Below, one piece after another: positions 45,005 to 55,267 of a DNA stretch of 64,000 nt; the stretch's first letter is position 1, and each line of letters opens with the position of its first letter. The stretch covers positions 13,242-77,241 of the forward strand of contig JAZRNH010000059.1 in assembly GCA_045648025.1 (NCBI GenBank), written 5' to 3'. The notes under the pieces were generated by a model. That model ran no database searches, was not told the DNA's origin, and worked only from the letters and a program-made list of their open reading frames with translations. Position numbers and translations under genes: made by a program. This stretch comes from Clostridia bacterium. Its GTDB lineage: Bacteria; Bacillota; Clostridia; Christensenellales; UBA1242.

Positions 45005-45541
45005 ATGATGGATAGTAAAATAGTTAATATCTATAATATAGCCGCATATAAAAGCCCATACTCTGATATTGGTGCGAATTATACAGGAGTTATGTTTGAA
45101 TATGAAAATAAATTAGTTAGAGGTTATTTATTAGATAAAAACTTCAACCCATCTGATGTTTTTGTTGGTGCATTAGACAAAAACAAAGGTATGATTGCTG
45201 TTGATTTTGATTATCAAAATCCAGTTTCTGAGCAAATTATGATTGAAGCATCAATTAGCCCAATAGAAAAATTGACATTAAATGGCAATTATTCTTATTT
45301 TGATGCAGACGAAAATGTTTACCCTATTGGAATAATAAAAATGACATTAACTCCTAAAAAATCGTTAGATTCAATTATTGAAATGGAATCTATGATTTTT
45401 GATGGAATATTAGGAGTTATAGAATCATCAAATCCTCTAAACTACCAATATTTTAATTTATATGGAGAAAACATTGACTCTTTCGTTGAAGACATAAACA
45501 ATGCTTATCCTGATTCAAATGGCTCTCAACCTATAAAATAA
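45005..45541 (+). CDS. hypothetical protein
   Basis: RBS GGGAGG and its own promoter (TTGACA..TATAAT at ~44954-44981). No motif recognised. Confidence 0.6.
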   Translation: MMDSKIVNIYNIAAYKSPYSDIGANYTGVMFEYENKLVRGYLLDKNFNPSDVFVGALDKNKGMIAVDFDYQNPVSEQIMIEASISPIEKLTLNGNYSYFDADENVYPIGIIKMTLTPKKSLDSIIEMESMIFDGILGVIESSNPLNYQYFNLYGENIDSFVEDINNAYPDSNGSQPIK

Positions 45542-45545
45542 ACAA

Positions 45546-45578
45546 CAAAAAAACACCATTTCTGGTGTTTTTTTATTT
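45546..45578. terminator. bidirectional rho-independent terminator
   Basis: Stem AACACCA/TGGTGTT with loop TTTC, flanked by A/T runs. Confidence 0.75.
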
Positions 45579-45585
45579 TATGAAA

Positions 45586-46560
45586 TTATTTCTTTTCTTC
45601 TGTTTTCTTTGCCTTTTTAGCTTTCTTTTTGTTTTTGAAAAGTTTTGTTAAATCAGCTGTTTCTAAATCAAAATGCTCTTCAACCATTCTTTCCTTTTCA
45701 ACTCTTTGTTGAAGTGGTTCTTTGTTAAAAGGCATAACAACTTTGTCTGTTCTTGTTCTAACTTCAAGTTGATTGTATGGAATAGAAATGTCATTTTTCT
45801 TAAATTCATTATACACGGTTTCAACCACATAATAATAAACATCCCAATAATCTTCTTTGTCAACCCAACAGTTTGCAAAGAAATCAATGCTACTAGCACC
45901 AAGAGTTTTGAGTCTGCAGAATGGTGTGTTCTTGTCATTGTCAATAATCTTTCCATTGCTCTTCATAACATCAATAACAATCTTTTTAACAAGCTCAACA
46001 TCAGTTTCATAAGCCACTGAGAATGTGAAGTCAATTCTTCTGGTTTTGTTTGCACCAGCATTTTCAACTTCGCCATTAACAATTGCACTATTAGGAATAG
46101 TTACTCTTTTGTTATCAGAAGTGTTGATTGTTGTAAAGAAAAAGTTAATATCAACAACACCACCACTAACTCCGTTAACAGAAATCCAATCGCCCTTTTT
46201 GAACATTTTTGTTGCAACAATAATCACACCGTTTGCAAGGTTTGCAATGTTGTTTTGAAGAGCCATACCAACAGCAAGAATAAGTGCACTAAGTGCTGTG
46301 ATGATTCCGGTAACTTCAATTCCGATTGTGCTTAAAAGTGCAAGAACCAAAATCAAGTAAAGTGCAACTTTAACTGCACCCATAATAAATTGTTGTGCAA
46401 TCTTTTCCATTTTTGCCTTATTTAAAAGTTTGTTGGTAACATTAATAACAAGCTTAATGGCAACAATTCCAATAAATAAAATTGCAAAAAATTTCACAAT
46501 GTTCCAGATATTGTTTTCAAAAAAGTTAACAATACTGTCCCAAATTTCGTTCCATTTCAT
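45586..46560 (-). CDS. MscS-family mechanosensitive channel
   Basis: GDWISVNGVSGGVVDINFFFTTI..DNKRVTIPNS is the MscS beta-domain signature. The start is taken at MKWNEIW (ATG at 46560, RBS GGAGAA). Confidence 0.85.
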   Translation of the reverse strand: MKWNEIWDSIVNFFENNIWNIVKFFAILFIGIVAIKLVINVTNKLLNKAKMEKIAQQFIMGAVKVALYLILVLALLSTIGIEVTGIITALSALILAVGMALQNNIANLANGVIIVATKMFKKGDWISVNGVSGGVVDINFFFTTINTSDNKRVTIPNSAIVNGEVENAGANKTRRIDFTFSVAYETDVELVKKIVIDVMKSNGKIIDNDKNTPFCRLKTLGASSIDFFANCWVDKEDYWDVYYYVVETVYNEFKKNDISIPYNQLEVRTRTDKVVMPFNKEPLQQRVEKERMVEEHFDLETADLTKLFKNKKKAKKAKKTEEKK

Positions 46561-46668
46561 AAAATTATTTCTCCTTTGTTTTATTTCTAAATTCATTATA
46601 ACAATAAGGTAATAATTTTTAAAGTATTTTAGAAAATTTTTAATAAAAAAATGATAGAAACATTTCTA

Positions 46669-47205
46669 TCATTTTGCCATTTGTTGTTCTTCTCTTGCAT
46701 AATCTAAGATTTTTTCAATAAAATCATTTTTTGCAGCGGTATAAAGTTTTCTTTCATCTTTAAACCTTTCAAACATATCTTTCTTCAAATCTTCATATTC
46801 TTTGATATATTCAGGATGTTTAATGAGATAATCTCTAAACAAAATATGATTATTCCAAAACATACTATTCAAAACTTCAATATGAATATAGTGTGTTCTG
46901 TTATCAGGAGTCCCCTTTCTTGCCAAAATTTCACCAAGTTCATTAATTGAATCTTTAACATCATATCCTGCGGAAGAAAGAACCGATATTAATTTTTTAA
47001 GCACACTAGCTGATTTAACCGCAACAGCAATGTCCAAAATAGGTTTTGCCATAAGCCCAGGAATTGAGGTGCTGCCAACATGTTGAATATCAATTGCGGC
47101 TTTGCCTAAAAGTTTTTTCAATTTCTTCTTTTCTGATTCAAATTCAACCGCCCAACTATCATCATGAGGCACAAGTTCAACCCTATCTTTATTTAAACCA
47201 AGCAT
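46669..47205 (-). CDS. GrpB-family protein
   Basis: IQHVGSTSIPGLMAKPILDI. Confidence 0.8.
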   Translation of the reverse strand: MLGLNKDRVELVPHDDSWAVEFESEKKKLKKLLGKAAIDIQHVGSTSIPGLMAKPILDIAVAVKSASVLKKLISVLSSAGYDVKDSINELGEILARKGTPDNRTHYIHIEVLNSMFWNNHILFRDYLIKHPEYIKEYEDLKKDMFERFKDERKLYTAAKNDFIEKILDYAREEQQMAK

Positions 47206-47325
47206 ACTGTCTTCCTCCTACACAAAATCATTATTGCACTAATTAGCCAAACTGTCAATTAAATAAAAGTTGAAAAACTTTTGACAATACAAAACAATCT
47301 GCTAAAATAAATACAGGAGATTATT

Positions 47326-47733
47326 ATGGAAACAAAAAAAGCTGGTTGTGTTGTTGTAAACCTTGAAACCAAACAAATAGCACTTATTTTTAGAGATTAT
47401 TATAATGATTACACATTTCCAAAAGGACATCTTGAAGAAGGTGAAACTCTTGAAGAATGTGCCGTTCGCGAAACTGCTGAAGAAACTAAAAGAGATTGCA
47501 AAATTATTGATTCAATAAAGCCGTATATAGACAAATACACCACTCCAAGAGGAGAAAATTGTGTATGCTATATGTATGTTGCAATTGATTGTGGAAAGAG
47601 CGATAATGATTCAACCGACACCCACGACCTTGTTTGGGTAAACTTTGATGAGGTTGAAAACAAACTTTCTTACGACAGTTTAAAAAAGAACTGGCAATTT
47701 TTTAAAGAAGATATCAAAAATTTATTAAAATAA
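47326..47733 (+). CDS. NUDIX hydrolase
   Basis: Nudix box GHLEEGETLEECAVRETAEETK. Confidence 0.88.
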   Translation: METKKAGCVVVNLETKQIALIFRDYYNDYTFPKGHLEEGETLEECAVRETAEETKRDCKIIDSIKPYIDKYTTPRGENCVCYMYVAIDCGKSDNDSTDTHDLVWVNFDEVENKLSYDSLKKNWQFFKEDIKNLLK

Positions 47734-47765
47734 AAAGCAGATGGAATTCATCTGCTTTTTTTTGT

Positions 47766-48461
47766 TTAATTTTTTTGTTTTTTGATAAGCGGTGCTCCAC
47801 AATAATCACATTTTGAATTATTTATATTATTGTCAAGTCCACAATATTTGCAACTAATTTTTGGTTCAAATCTAGTTTCATCAACCGAAATAACTCCAGC
47901 AACAAACTCTTGTTTTGCTTTTACAATTGTTTTAAACTTTGTTTTTGCAAAGTTTGAAATAAGCCCAATCAATATAAATAGAACACCAAAGAAACATGGG
48001 AAAACTGTCAAAATAATCTTTCCGGCATTGCTTTTAAAATTTTCAAATTCACTAAATAAATCATCTTCATAAACAAAAATTAAATTTTTGCCAGAAACTG
48101 ATTCAACTTTAATTTCACCATATTTGTCTGAATAGTCTTTTTTATAATCAATAATTCTGTATATATATTCATCTTCAATTGCAATAATAAATTCAAGTTT
48201 ATAAGTTTTTGTTTCACCAAAAGAAGAAACTTTCAAAATAATTTCATCATCAACATTAAGTCTTCTGTCTGATTCAATTTCAAGGTTATATGCCCCATCA
48301 TTAACTGTTGAAACATAATCAATTGAATATTCACCATCTGGCGATTTAAACATAAGTTGTGGCAAGACTATTCCCACCAAAATCAATATAATGCCAACAA
48401 ACACCAAAAACAAAGATGATTTACTAACTTTTTTGTCTTCATTTTCCATAAAATTCCCCAT
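47766..48461 (-). CDS. membrane protein with C-terminal zinc ribbon
   Basis: Two TM segments, then C-terminal CKYCG..(x9)..CDYCG. TAATG overlap with the upstream lipoprotein gene. Confidence 0.65.
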   Translation of the reverse strand: MGNFMENEDKKVSKSSLFLVFVGIILILVGIVLPQLMFKSPDGEYSIDYVSTVNDGAYNLEIESDRRLNVDDEIILKVSSFGETKTYKLEFIIAIEDEYIYRIIDYKKDYSDKYGEIKVESVSGKNLIFVYEDDLFSEFENFKSNAGKIILTVFPCFFGVLFILIGLISNFAKTKFKTIVKAKQEFVAGVISVDETRFEPKISCKYCGLDNNINNSKCDYCGAPLIKKQKN

Positions 48462-49450
48462 TAAACATTGCTAACAATTTTCCAGTTAAATGTAATTTCT
48501 GTTCTGTCTTCGTTATATTCAAAATCAACAGATTCTGTCCATTCAATCTCATAAATTTGATAATTTTTTGCAGCAGCTTCTTTAAGCTTAATTACAACTG
48601 TATATTCACCAACGGCTGTTGCTGAAATATCACCTGAAACAACTTCAAAAAAGTCTTCAAATTTTGATTCATTGTTATAATCGACAAAAACAAGAGTTTT
48701 TTCTGTGCCATCATAAACAAATTCAAGTTCAGCAGGGCTAGACATAATAATTGGAGCTCTTGTGATTTCCCATTCAAAAACAAGTTCTTCTTTGTTTGTT
48801 TCATCAAACTCTTCCCAAACATAGTTGTCATTTGGAACAATTCTAACTTGATAAACACCAGCTTCATCTGCTGAGGTCACAGAACCTTCAACAATTTTCA
48901 TTGTGTTTTCATCAAAACTTTCAAATGAAATTTCAAATGGTGTTGATAAGTTTTTGATATATGGGTGAATATTGTTATCTTTCACATAAACTGGTTTTTG
49001 AATCTTTTTTTCAGAAACTTCAACATTAATTTCTGCTTCAAGTTCATCAACTTCAACCAAAAGTTTATAATTTCCAGCAGCAAGACCAGAATTAATTGAT
49101 GTTAAATCAACTTCAAAAGCAGAAACAATTGATGTTGTATTGTCGCTATAATTTGCAATAACTTCAATATCTGATTTTTCAAGTTCAACTTCTGTGCCAT
49201 ACTCAAACTTAATTGTGTTTGATTCTTCATCATAAACAAACTCAGTATGCTCACCAACAATTGTTGCAGTAATTCCTGTCATTGTTGCAGGTGTTTCTGC
49301 TGGTGGTGCAGCAGGAGTAACCGGTGCTGTTGGAGTTGCAGGTGTTTCTGGTGGTGGATCAGTTTTATCTTTTCCACAACCCACAAGCATTGCAGCTGTT
49401 GGAATAACAATTAACATAAAAACCAAAATTTTTTTCAAAATATTTTTCAT
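48461..49450 (-). CDS. lipoprotein with Pro/Thr-rich linker and Ig-like beta-rich repeats
   Basis: Signal peptide with lipobox MLVGC-GKD. Confidence 0.7.
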   Translation of the reverse strand: MKNILKKILVFMLIVIPTAAMLVGCGKDKTDPPPETPATPTAPVTPAAPPAETPATMTGITATIVGEHTEFVYDEESNTIKFEYGTEVELEKSDIEVIANYSDNTTSIVSAFEVDLTSINSGLAAGNYKLLVEVDELEAEINVEVSEKKIQKPVYVKDNNIHPYIKNLSTPFEISFESFDENTMKIVEGSVTSADEAGVYQVRIVPNDNYVWEEFDETNKEELVFEWEITRAPIIMSSPAELEFVYDGTEKTLVFVDYNNESKFEDFFEVVSGDISATAVGEYTVVIKLKEAAAKNYQIYEIEWTESVDFEYNEDRTEITFNWKIVSNV

Positions 49451-49563
49451 AATCTCAATATCCTTTATAACGATATTTTTTCACAATTTAATCTTATCAC
49501 ATATATCCCTTTTAAACAAAATGTTTAATATCATTTATTTTGATTTTTCACAAATTAAACAAT

Positions 49564-49597
49564 AAAAAAGACTAAGAAAGTTTTTCTTAGTCTTTTG
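49564..49597 (-). terminator. rho-independent terminator after the ABC fusion gene
   Basis: 11-bp stem AGACTAAGAAA/TTTCTTAGTCT. Confidence 0.75.
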
Positions 49598-49601
49598 TTT
49601 A

Positions 49602-52541
49602 TTAGTTTGCTCTAAGTGCAACAACAGGGTCTTTTTTAGCAGCAAATCTTGCTGGAAGAAGACCGGCAATCAATGTTAAACAAACACTAATTGCAATCAA
49701 GATTAATGCTCCACCCCAAGGAAGAACTGCAAGTCCGCCAATTCCTGTGAAATGCTTCATAATGATATTGATTGGAATGGTAAGAAGGAATGACACAGCA
49801 ATTCCAAACACACCACTAGCAAGACCAATAATAAAGCTTTCAGCAGTAAACACTCTCTTAACATCTTTTTTAGATGCACCAATACTTCTTAAAACTCCAA
49901 TTTCTTTTGTTCTTTCAATAACTGAAATATAAGTGATGATTCCAATCATAATAGAGCTAACCACAAGTGAAACACTAACAAAAGCAATAAGTACATAAGT
50001 GATAGCATTGATAATTGTTGACACTGTGCTCATAATAAAACCAGCAACATCTGAATATGTAATTTGGTCATTTTTGTCTGCTTGTGCATTGTAAGCATCA
50101 ATAAAACCAGTTACATTTTCTTTTGATTCAAAAGATTTAATGTAAAGTGCAATTGTTTTTGGCACTTTAATATTAACTTTTGCCATATCATTTTCAGAAA
50201 TTCCAATTGTTTCGATTCTGCTATTTCTGTAATTGATTATTTGTTCGGTAAAATATTTTGTATATGCAACACCAGATTTAAGTGTTCCAGATTTTGTAGT
50301 TTCATTTAATCTAACAATACCAACAATTTTTACCTCATTTTGACAATCGTCATAAGCTTTTTTATATGCAGCCATATACTTCATTTGACCATAAGTTGCA
50401 TCATAAATTGGATTTGTTTCAACCATTTCTTTGGTTTCTGGATTTTCAACTTTAATAGATTTTATATATAATCTAAAATCAACAACCTTTCCCAACGATT
50501 CATCATAAACAAAATAATCTGATTGATCTAAAACTTTATATGTCTTTCCAATAATAGAATCAAAATCAATTGGATCATCAACTCTTTGATTATTAACAAT
50601 GCCTTTTAAAATCTTGTTCATTTGATCATCTTCTAAAAGTCCCAAGCCATAAAGAACATAGTCATCAAGTTCATTATTTGAATCAAGAACTAAGTATGCT
50701 TCGTTTGCATGATCTTTATCATTTTTAATATAATCACCTGCCAAAAGGTCATATTGTGATTTGATAAATTCTTCATTATCAATCATTTCATTAAAAATAT
50801 TCATACTTCCAAACATTGAAACCATTGATGATGAACTTGAAATCATTGATGTAGCATCAAAATCAATATCTAAAATATTAAACACAAGTGGCAAAATTTC
50901 AGTTTGACCAAGTTTAATAGAACCATTGTTTGCTGGATCTTCAAGTCTTTCAGCAATTGAATAAAGTTCTTCATATTGATTATCATAAATAAATGGATAA
51001 GCAGCCTTTCTTGCAGCTAAATTTTCATCACCATTTAAATAAGTTGTAAGATGTGCTGGTCTTTTAAATGCATAACTTCCATCTGCATTTGCAACAGCCA
51101 CAATTCCTGTTTTGCTTTCAAAATAGAAAAGTGCATATTTTGTAATCATTGACATAAGTGCTCTGTTGTTTGAATCTGGCTCAACAGCCACAGATGGCAC
51201 ATAGTTAACTGTTTCTTGATCTAAATAAAATTCAAGTCCCAAATCATAAGTATATTGAACTGCATTAATATAATCTTTCAAATTATCATAATTCTCTTCA
51301 ATATAAGCATTAAATTTCTCAAGATTATTTGTTCCTAAATTGCTTCCAACACTATTCATCATTGTTGAAATGTTTTGATTTACATACACACCATTATCTG
51401 GATTTTCTGTATTTTGAGAGTTTTCTGATTCTATAAACATTTGCGAAACAATTGATGCAAAATCAACTTTTTTAGATTGAATTGTTATTGGACTAGTTGA
51501 AAGTGTGTCTTCTTGCATCTTGTTAATATAGGTTGAAAAACCACTTGAAACCGCCAAAATAAGAGCGATTCCGATAATACCAATTGAACCAGCAAAGGCA
51601 ACCAAAATTGTTCTAGCTTTCTTTGTGAGCAAGTTTCTAAAACTAAGTGCAAGTGCTGTGAAGAAAGACATTCTCTTTTTCTTGCTCTTTTGAACAGGCT
51701 CTTCTTTATCTTTCTTTTTGCTCTTTTTTGCGGTACTTTCTTCCACAACTTCTGCAACAGTTTCAGTTTCTTCAGATTTATTTTTCTTTTCAGCTTTTTC
51801 ATCTGCTTCAACTTCGTGTGCAAGTCTTGTGTCAGCCTTAGCTTCTTTTTTGGCATCTTTTTCAGTGAACGGATTGCTGTCAGCCATAAGTTCACCATCT
51901 AAGAGTCTCACAATTCTTGTTGAATATTCTTCAGCAAGTTCTGGGTTGTGAGTAACCATAATAATAAGTCTATCTTTTGAAATTTCTTTCAAGATTTCCA
52001 TAATTTGAACACTTGAACCAGTGTCAAGAGCACCAGTTGGTTCGTCAGCTAAAATAATTTCTGGATCATTAACCAAAGCTCTTGCAATTGCAACTCTTTG
52101 CATTTGACCACCAGAAAGTTGATTTGGTTTGCTTTTAAGTTTGTCGCCAAGACCAACTCTTTCTAAAACAGCAGCAGCTCTTTGTCTTCTCTCTTCTTTT
52201 GAAACACCTGAAAGAGTAAGTGCAAGTTCAACATTTTCTAAAACTGTTTGATGAGGAATCAAGTTATAACTTTGGAAAACAAAACCAACAGAATGGTTTC
52301 TGTAAGTATCCCATTCTTTATCTCTAAATTCTTTTGTTGAAGTTCCATTGATAACAATATCGCCGTCTGTGTATCTATCAAGTCCACCAACAATGTTTAA
52401 AAGTGTAGTTTTTCCGCAACCAGAAGGTCCAAGAACTGAAACAAACTCTGATTTTCTAAATTCAACAGAAATCCCCTTCAAAGCTTCAACTTTAAGGTCA
52501 CCCATATCATAAATTTTGGTAATGTTATCTAACTTTAACAT
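49602..52541 (-). CDS. MacB-like fused ABC ATPase / FtsX-type permease with very large extracytoplasmic domain
   Basis: GPSGCGKTT, LSGGQMQRVAIARAL, ILADEPTGALD. Then a Lys/Glu-rich linker, one TM, a ~500-aa soluble domain, and a C-terminal FtsX block ERTKEIGVLRSIGASK. Confidence 0.85.
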   Translation of the reverse strand: MLKLDNITKIYDMGDLKVEALKGISVEFRKSEFVSVLGPSGCGKTTLLNIVGGLDRYTDGDIVINGTSTKEFRDKEWDTYRNHSVGFVFQSYNLIPHQTVLENVELALTLSGVSKEERRQRAAAVLERVGLGDKLKSKPNQLSGGQMQRVAIARALVNDPEIILADEPTGALDTGSSVQIMEILKEISKDRLIIMVTHNPELAEEYSTRIVRLLDGELMADSNPFTEKDAKKEAKADTRLAHEVEADEKAEKKNKSEETETVAEVVEESTAKKSKKKDKEEPVQKSKKKRMSFFTALALSFRNLLTKKARTILVAFAGSIGIIGIALILAVSSGFSTYINKMQEDTLSTSPITIQSKKVDFASIVSQMFIESENSQNTENPDNGVYVNQNISTMMNSVGSNLGTNNLEKFNAYIEENYDNLKDYINAVQYTYDLGLEFYLDQETVNYVPSVAVEPDSNNRALMSMITKYALFYFESKTGIVAVANADGSYAFKRPAHLTTYLNGDENLAARKAAYPFIYDNQYEELYSIAERLEDPANNGSIKLGQTEILPLVFNILDIDFDATSMISSSSSMVSMFGSMNIFNEMIDNEEFIKSQYDLLAGDYIKNDKDHANEAYLVLDSNNELDDYVLYGLGLLEDDQMNKILKGIVNNQRVDDPIDFDSIIGKTYKVLDQSDYFVYDESLGKVVDFRLYIKSIKVENPETKEMVETNPIYDATYGQMKYMAAYKKAYDDCQNEVKIVGIVRLNETTKSGTLKSGVAYTKYFTEQIINYRNSRIETIGISENDMAKVNIKVPKTIALYIKSFESKENVTGFIDAYNAQADKNDQITYSDVAGFIMSTVSTIINAITYVLIAFVSVSLVVSSIMIGIITYISVIERTKEIGVLRSIGASKKDVKRVFTAESFIIGLASGVFGIAVSFLLTIPINIIMKHFTGIGGLAVLPWGGALILIAISVCLTLIAGLLPARFAAKKDPVVALRAN

Positions 52542-52948
52542 AAAGACTCCTTTAATATATTAATATTAATATATTTAAAAACTATATTATCATTATATGG
52601 TTTTTCGCTTTGGTGTCAATAATTCAAAGAAACAAATTTTCAAAATTTTAAAATTTCTATATTGATGTTACAATTTGATAAATTTGTTGTTAAGATTAAC
52701 AATTTTTGTTATAACAAACCCCCAAATTATAAATAAATTTTAAGATAGTTTTTAAAATATAATTTGGTCAGAAATGGTAAAATTTTTGGTCAAAAAATAA
52801 AAGTTATTAACAAATAGTTTGCAAATAATATCTATTTATCTTTTCTACCTTTGATTTTATCAACTATTCAAGTAAAAAATGGTCATTTTTAAAAAATCTC
52901 AATTTTTGTATATTTTAACCAAAAATACAACATTTTGTTGTTGCTACT

Positions 52949-53004
52949 TTGACAAAAACACAAGATATTGTATTATTGTAATCGAAATGATACAATGATA
53001 TAAG
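52949..53004 (+). promoter_or_regulatory. nrdD promoter with candidate NrdR box(es)
   Basis: TTGACA (52949-52954), 16 bp, TATTAT (52971-52976). ACACAAGATATTGTAT (52958-52973) resembles the NrdR-box palindrome and overlaps the spacer and -10. A weaker second box lies ~31 bp downstream (52990-53005). Confidence 0.45.
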
Positions 53005-53064
53005 TTCGGACAAATCATCACAACTTATGTCACAAAAAGATAAAACAGAAGGAGTGTGGGCATT

Positions 53065-55242
53065 ATGAAAATTATCAAGAGAAGTGGAGAGGAGCAAGTA
53101 TTTGACAGCAGCAAAATTATTCAAGCTATCAGCAAGGCAAATTTGTCAGTTGAACCAAAACAAAGACTTTCATCTGAAAAGATTGCAGAAATTGCAGACT
53201 ATATTGAATATAAATGCAAAAAGACAAAAAGAGCTTTCAATGTAGAAGAAATTCAAGACCTTGTTGAAAATCAACTTATGTCAATTGGTGCACATGAACT
53301 TGCAAGAAACTACATCACATATCGTTATACCAGAGCCCTTGCTCGTCAAAACAACACAACTGACAAGCAAATTCTTTCGCTTATTGACTGCAACAACGAA
53401 GAAGTTAAACAAGAAAACTCAAACAAAAACCCAACCATCAACTCTGTTCAAAGAGACTATATGGCTGGTGAAGTGTCAAAAGACCTTTGCAAGAGATTCT
53501 TGGTTCCTGAAGATGTTATGAAAGCACATGAAGACGGACTTATTCACTTCCACGATGCAGACTATTTTGCACAAAGAATGCATAACTGCGACCTTGTTAA
53601 CCTTGAAGATATGCTTCAAAACGGAACAGTTATTTCTGGAACAATGATTGAAAAGCCACATTCATTCTCAACTGCTTGTAACATTGCAACACAAATCATT
53701 GCACAAGTTGCATCAAACCAATATGGTGGCCAAAGCATTTCACTCACCCACCTTGCTCCATTTGTTGATATTTCAAGAAAGAAAATCAGAAGAAAAACTG
53801 TTGAAGAATTTAAAAAGTTAAACATTTCTTTAACAGATGAACAATTAACTGAAATCGTTGAAAACAAAGTTAAAGACGAAATCAACAAAGGTATCCAAAC
53901 AATTCAATATCAAGTTGTAACACTCATGACAACAAATGGTCAAGCACCATTTATCACAGTGTTTATGTATCTTGGCGAAGCTAGAAACGAACAAGAAAAG
54001 AAAGACCTTGCCTTGATGATTGAAGAAACATTAAGACAAAGAATTCAAGGTGTAAAGAACCAAAAAGGTGTTTACATCACTCCAGCCTTCCCAAAACTTA
54101 TCTATGTTTTAGAAGAACAAAATATTCACGAAGATAGCGAATATTTCTACTTGACCAAACTTGCAGCTGAATGCACAGCAAAGAGAATGGTTCCTGATTA
54201 TATTTCAGAAAAGAAAATGCTTGAACTCAAAGTTGACCAAAACGGTGATGGACAATGCTATACCTGTATGGGTTGCAGAAGCTTCTTAACACCTTATGTT
54301 GACGAAAACGGCAAACCAAAATATTATGGAAGATTCAACCAAGGTGTTGTAACTGTAAACCTTGTTGATATTGCCCTTTCATCTGGAAAAGATATGAAGA
54401 AATTCTGGGAAATCTTTGACGAAAGAATGGAACTTTGTCACAAAGGTCTTCAATGTCGTCATGAAAGACTTACCGGAACACTTTCAGATGCTGCTCCAAT
54501 TCTTTGGCAATTTGGTGCTCTTGCAAGACTTCAACCAGGCGAACCTATTGACAAACTTCTCCACGGTGGTTATTCTACTATATCACTTGGATATGCTGGT
54601 CTTTGGGAAACAGTTTACTATTTAATTGGCAAAAAACTCACAGAAACTGAAGGCAAAGAACTTGGACTTGAAATTATGAAAAAACTCAATGAATACACCA
54701 AAAAATGGAAAGCTGCTGAAAATATTGATTATTCACTTTATGGCACACCACTTGAAAGCACAACATACAAATTTGCAAAGCATTTGCAAGAAAGATTTGG
54801 TGTTATTCAAGGTGTAACCGATAAAAACTATATCACAAACAGTTATCATGTTCATGTTACTGAGGATATTGACGCCTTTGAAAAATTGGCGCTTGAAGCT
54901 AAATTCCAAGCACTTTCTCCCGGTGGTGCGATTTCTTACGTTGAAGTACCTAATATGCAAAACAATCTTGATGCAGTGCTTTCGGTTATGAAATTCATAT
55001 ATGACAATATTATGTATGCCGAACTCAACACAAAGAGTGACTACTGCTCTTGCTGCGGTTATGACGGCGAAATCAAAATCGAAGAAGACCTTGACGGAAA
55101 ACTTATTTGGAAATGTCCAAACTGTGGCAACACTGACCAAACAAAACTTAATGTAGCAAGAAGAACTTGTGGTTATATTGGTTCACAATTCTGGAACCAA
55201 GGCAGAACTCAAGAAATCAAAGAAAGAGTTCTTCACTTATAA
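53065..55242 (+). CDS. nrdD: anaerobic ribonucleoside-triphosphate reductase
   Basis: N-terminal ATP-cone (MKIIKRSGEEQVFDSSKI). C-terminal Zn site CSCCGY..C.NCG. Glycyl-radical motif RRTCGYIG. The ATG at 53065 lies 8 nt after GGAGTG. Confidence 0.93.
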   Translation: MKIIKRSGEEQVFDSSKIIQAISKANLSVEPKQRLSSEKIAEIADYIEYKCKKTKRAFNVEEIQDLVENQLMSIGAHELARNYITYRYTRALARQNNTTDKQILSLIDCNNEEVKQENSNKNPTINSVQRDYMAGEVSKDLCKRFLVPEDVMKAHEDGLIHFHDADYFAQRMHNCDLVNLEDMLQNGTVISGTMIEKPHSFSTACNIATQIIAQVASNQYGGQSISLTHLAPFVDISRKKIRRKTVEEFKKLNISLTDEQLTEIVENKVKDEINKGIQTIQYQVVTLMTTNGQAPFITVFMYLGEARNEQEKKDLALMIEETLRQRIQGVKNQKGVYITPAFPKLIYVLEEQNIHEDSEYFYLTKLAAECTAKRMVPDYISEKKMLELKVDQNGDGQCYTCMGCRSFLTPYVDENGKPKYYGRFNQGVVTVNLVDIALSSGKDMKKFWEIFDERMELCHKGLQCRHERLTGTLSDAAPILWQFGALARLQPGEPIDKLLHGGYSTISLGYAGLWETVYYLIGKKLTETEGKELGLEIMKKLNEYTKKWKAAENIDYSLYGTPLESTTYKFAKHLQERFGVIQGVTDKNYITNSYHVHVTEDIDAFEKLALEAKFQALSPGGAISYVEVPNMQNNLDAVLSVMKFIYDNIMYAELNTKSDYCSCCGYDGEIKIEEDLDGKLIWKCPNCGNTDQTKLNVARRTCGYIGSQFWNQGRTQEIKERVLHL

Positions 55243-55267
55243 AAATCTTTAAAGGGGGAAAACAATA

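Noticed and set aside
52763-52792. Direct repeat TTTGGTCA at 52763-52770 and 52785-52792 in the long AT-rich region upstream of nrdD
   Set aside because: There are only 8 bp and two copies in very AT-rich DNA, so this cannot be distinguished from chance by eye.
52915-53124. 69-aa minus-strand ORF across the nrdD promoter and start
   Set aside because: It overlaps the nrdD RBS and 5' coding region and the predicted promoter. It has no RBS of its own.
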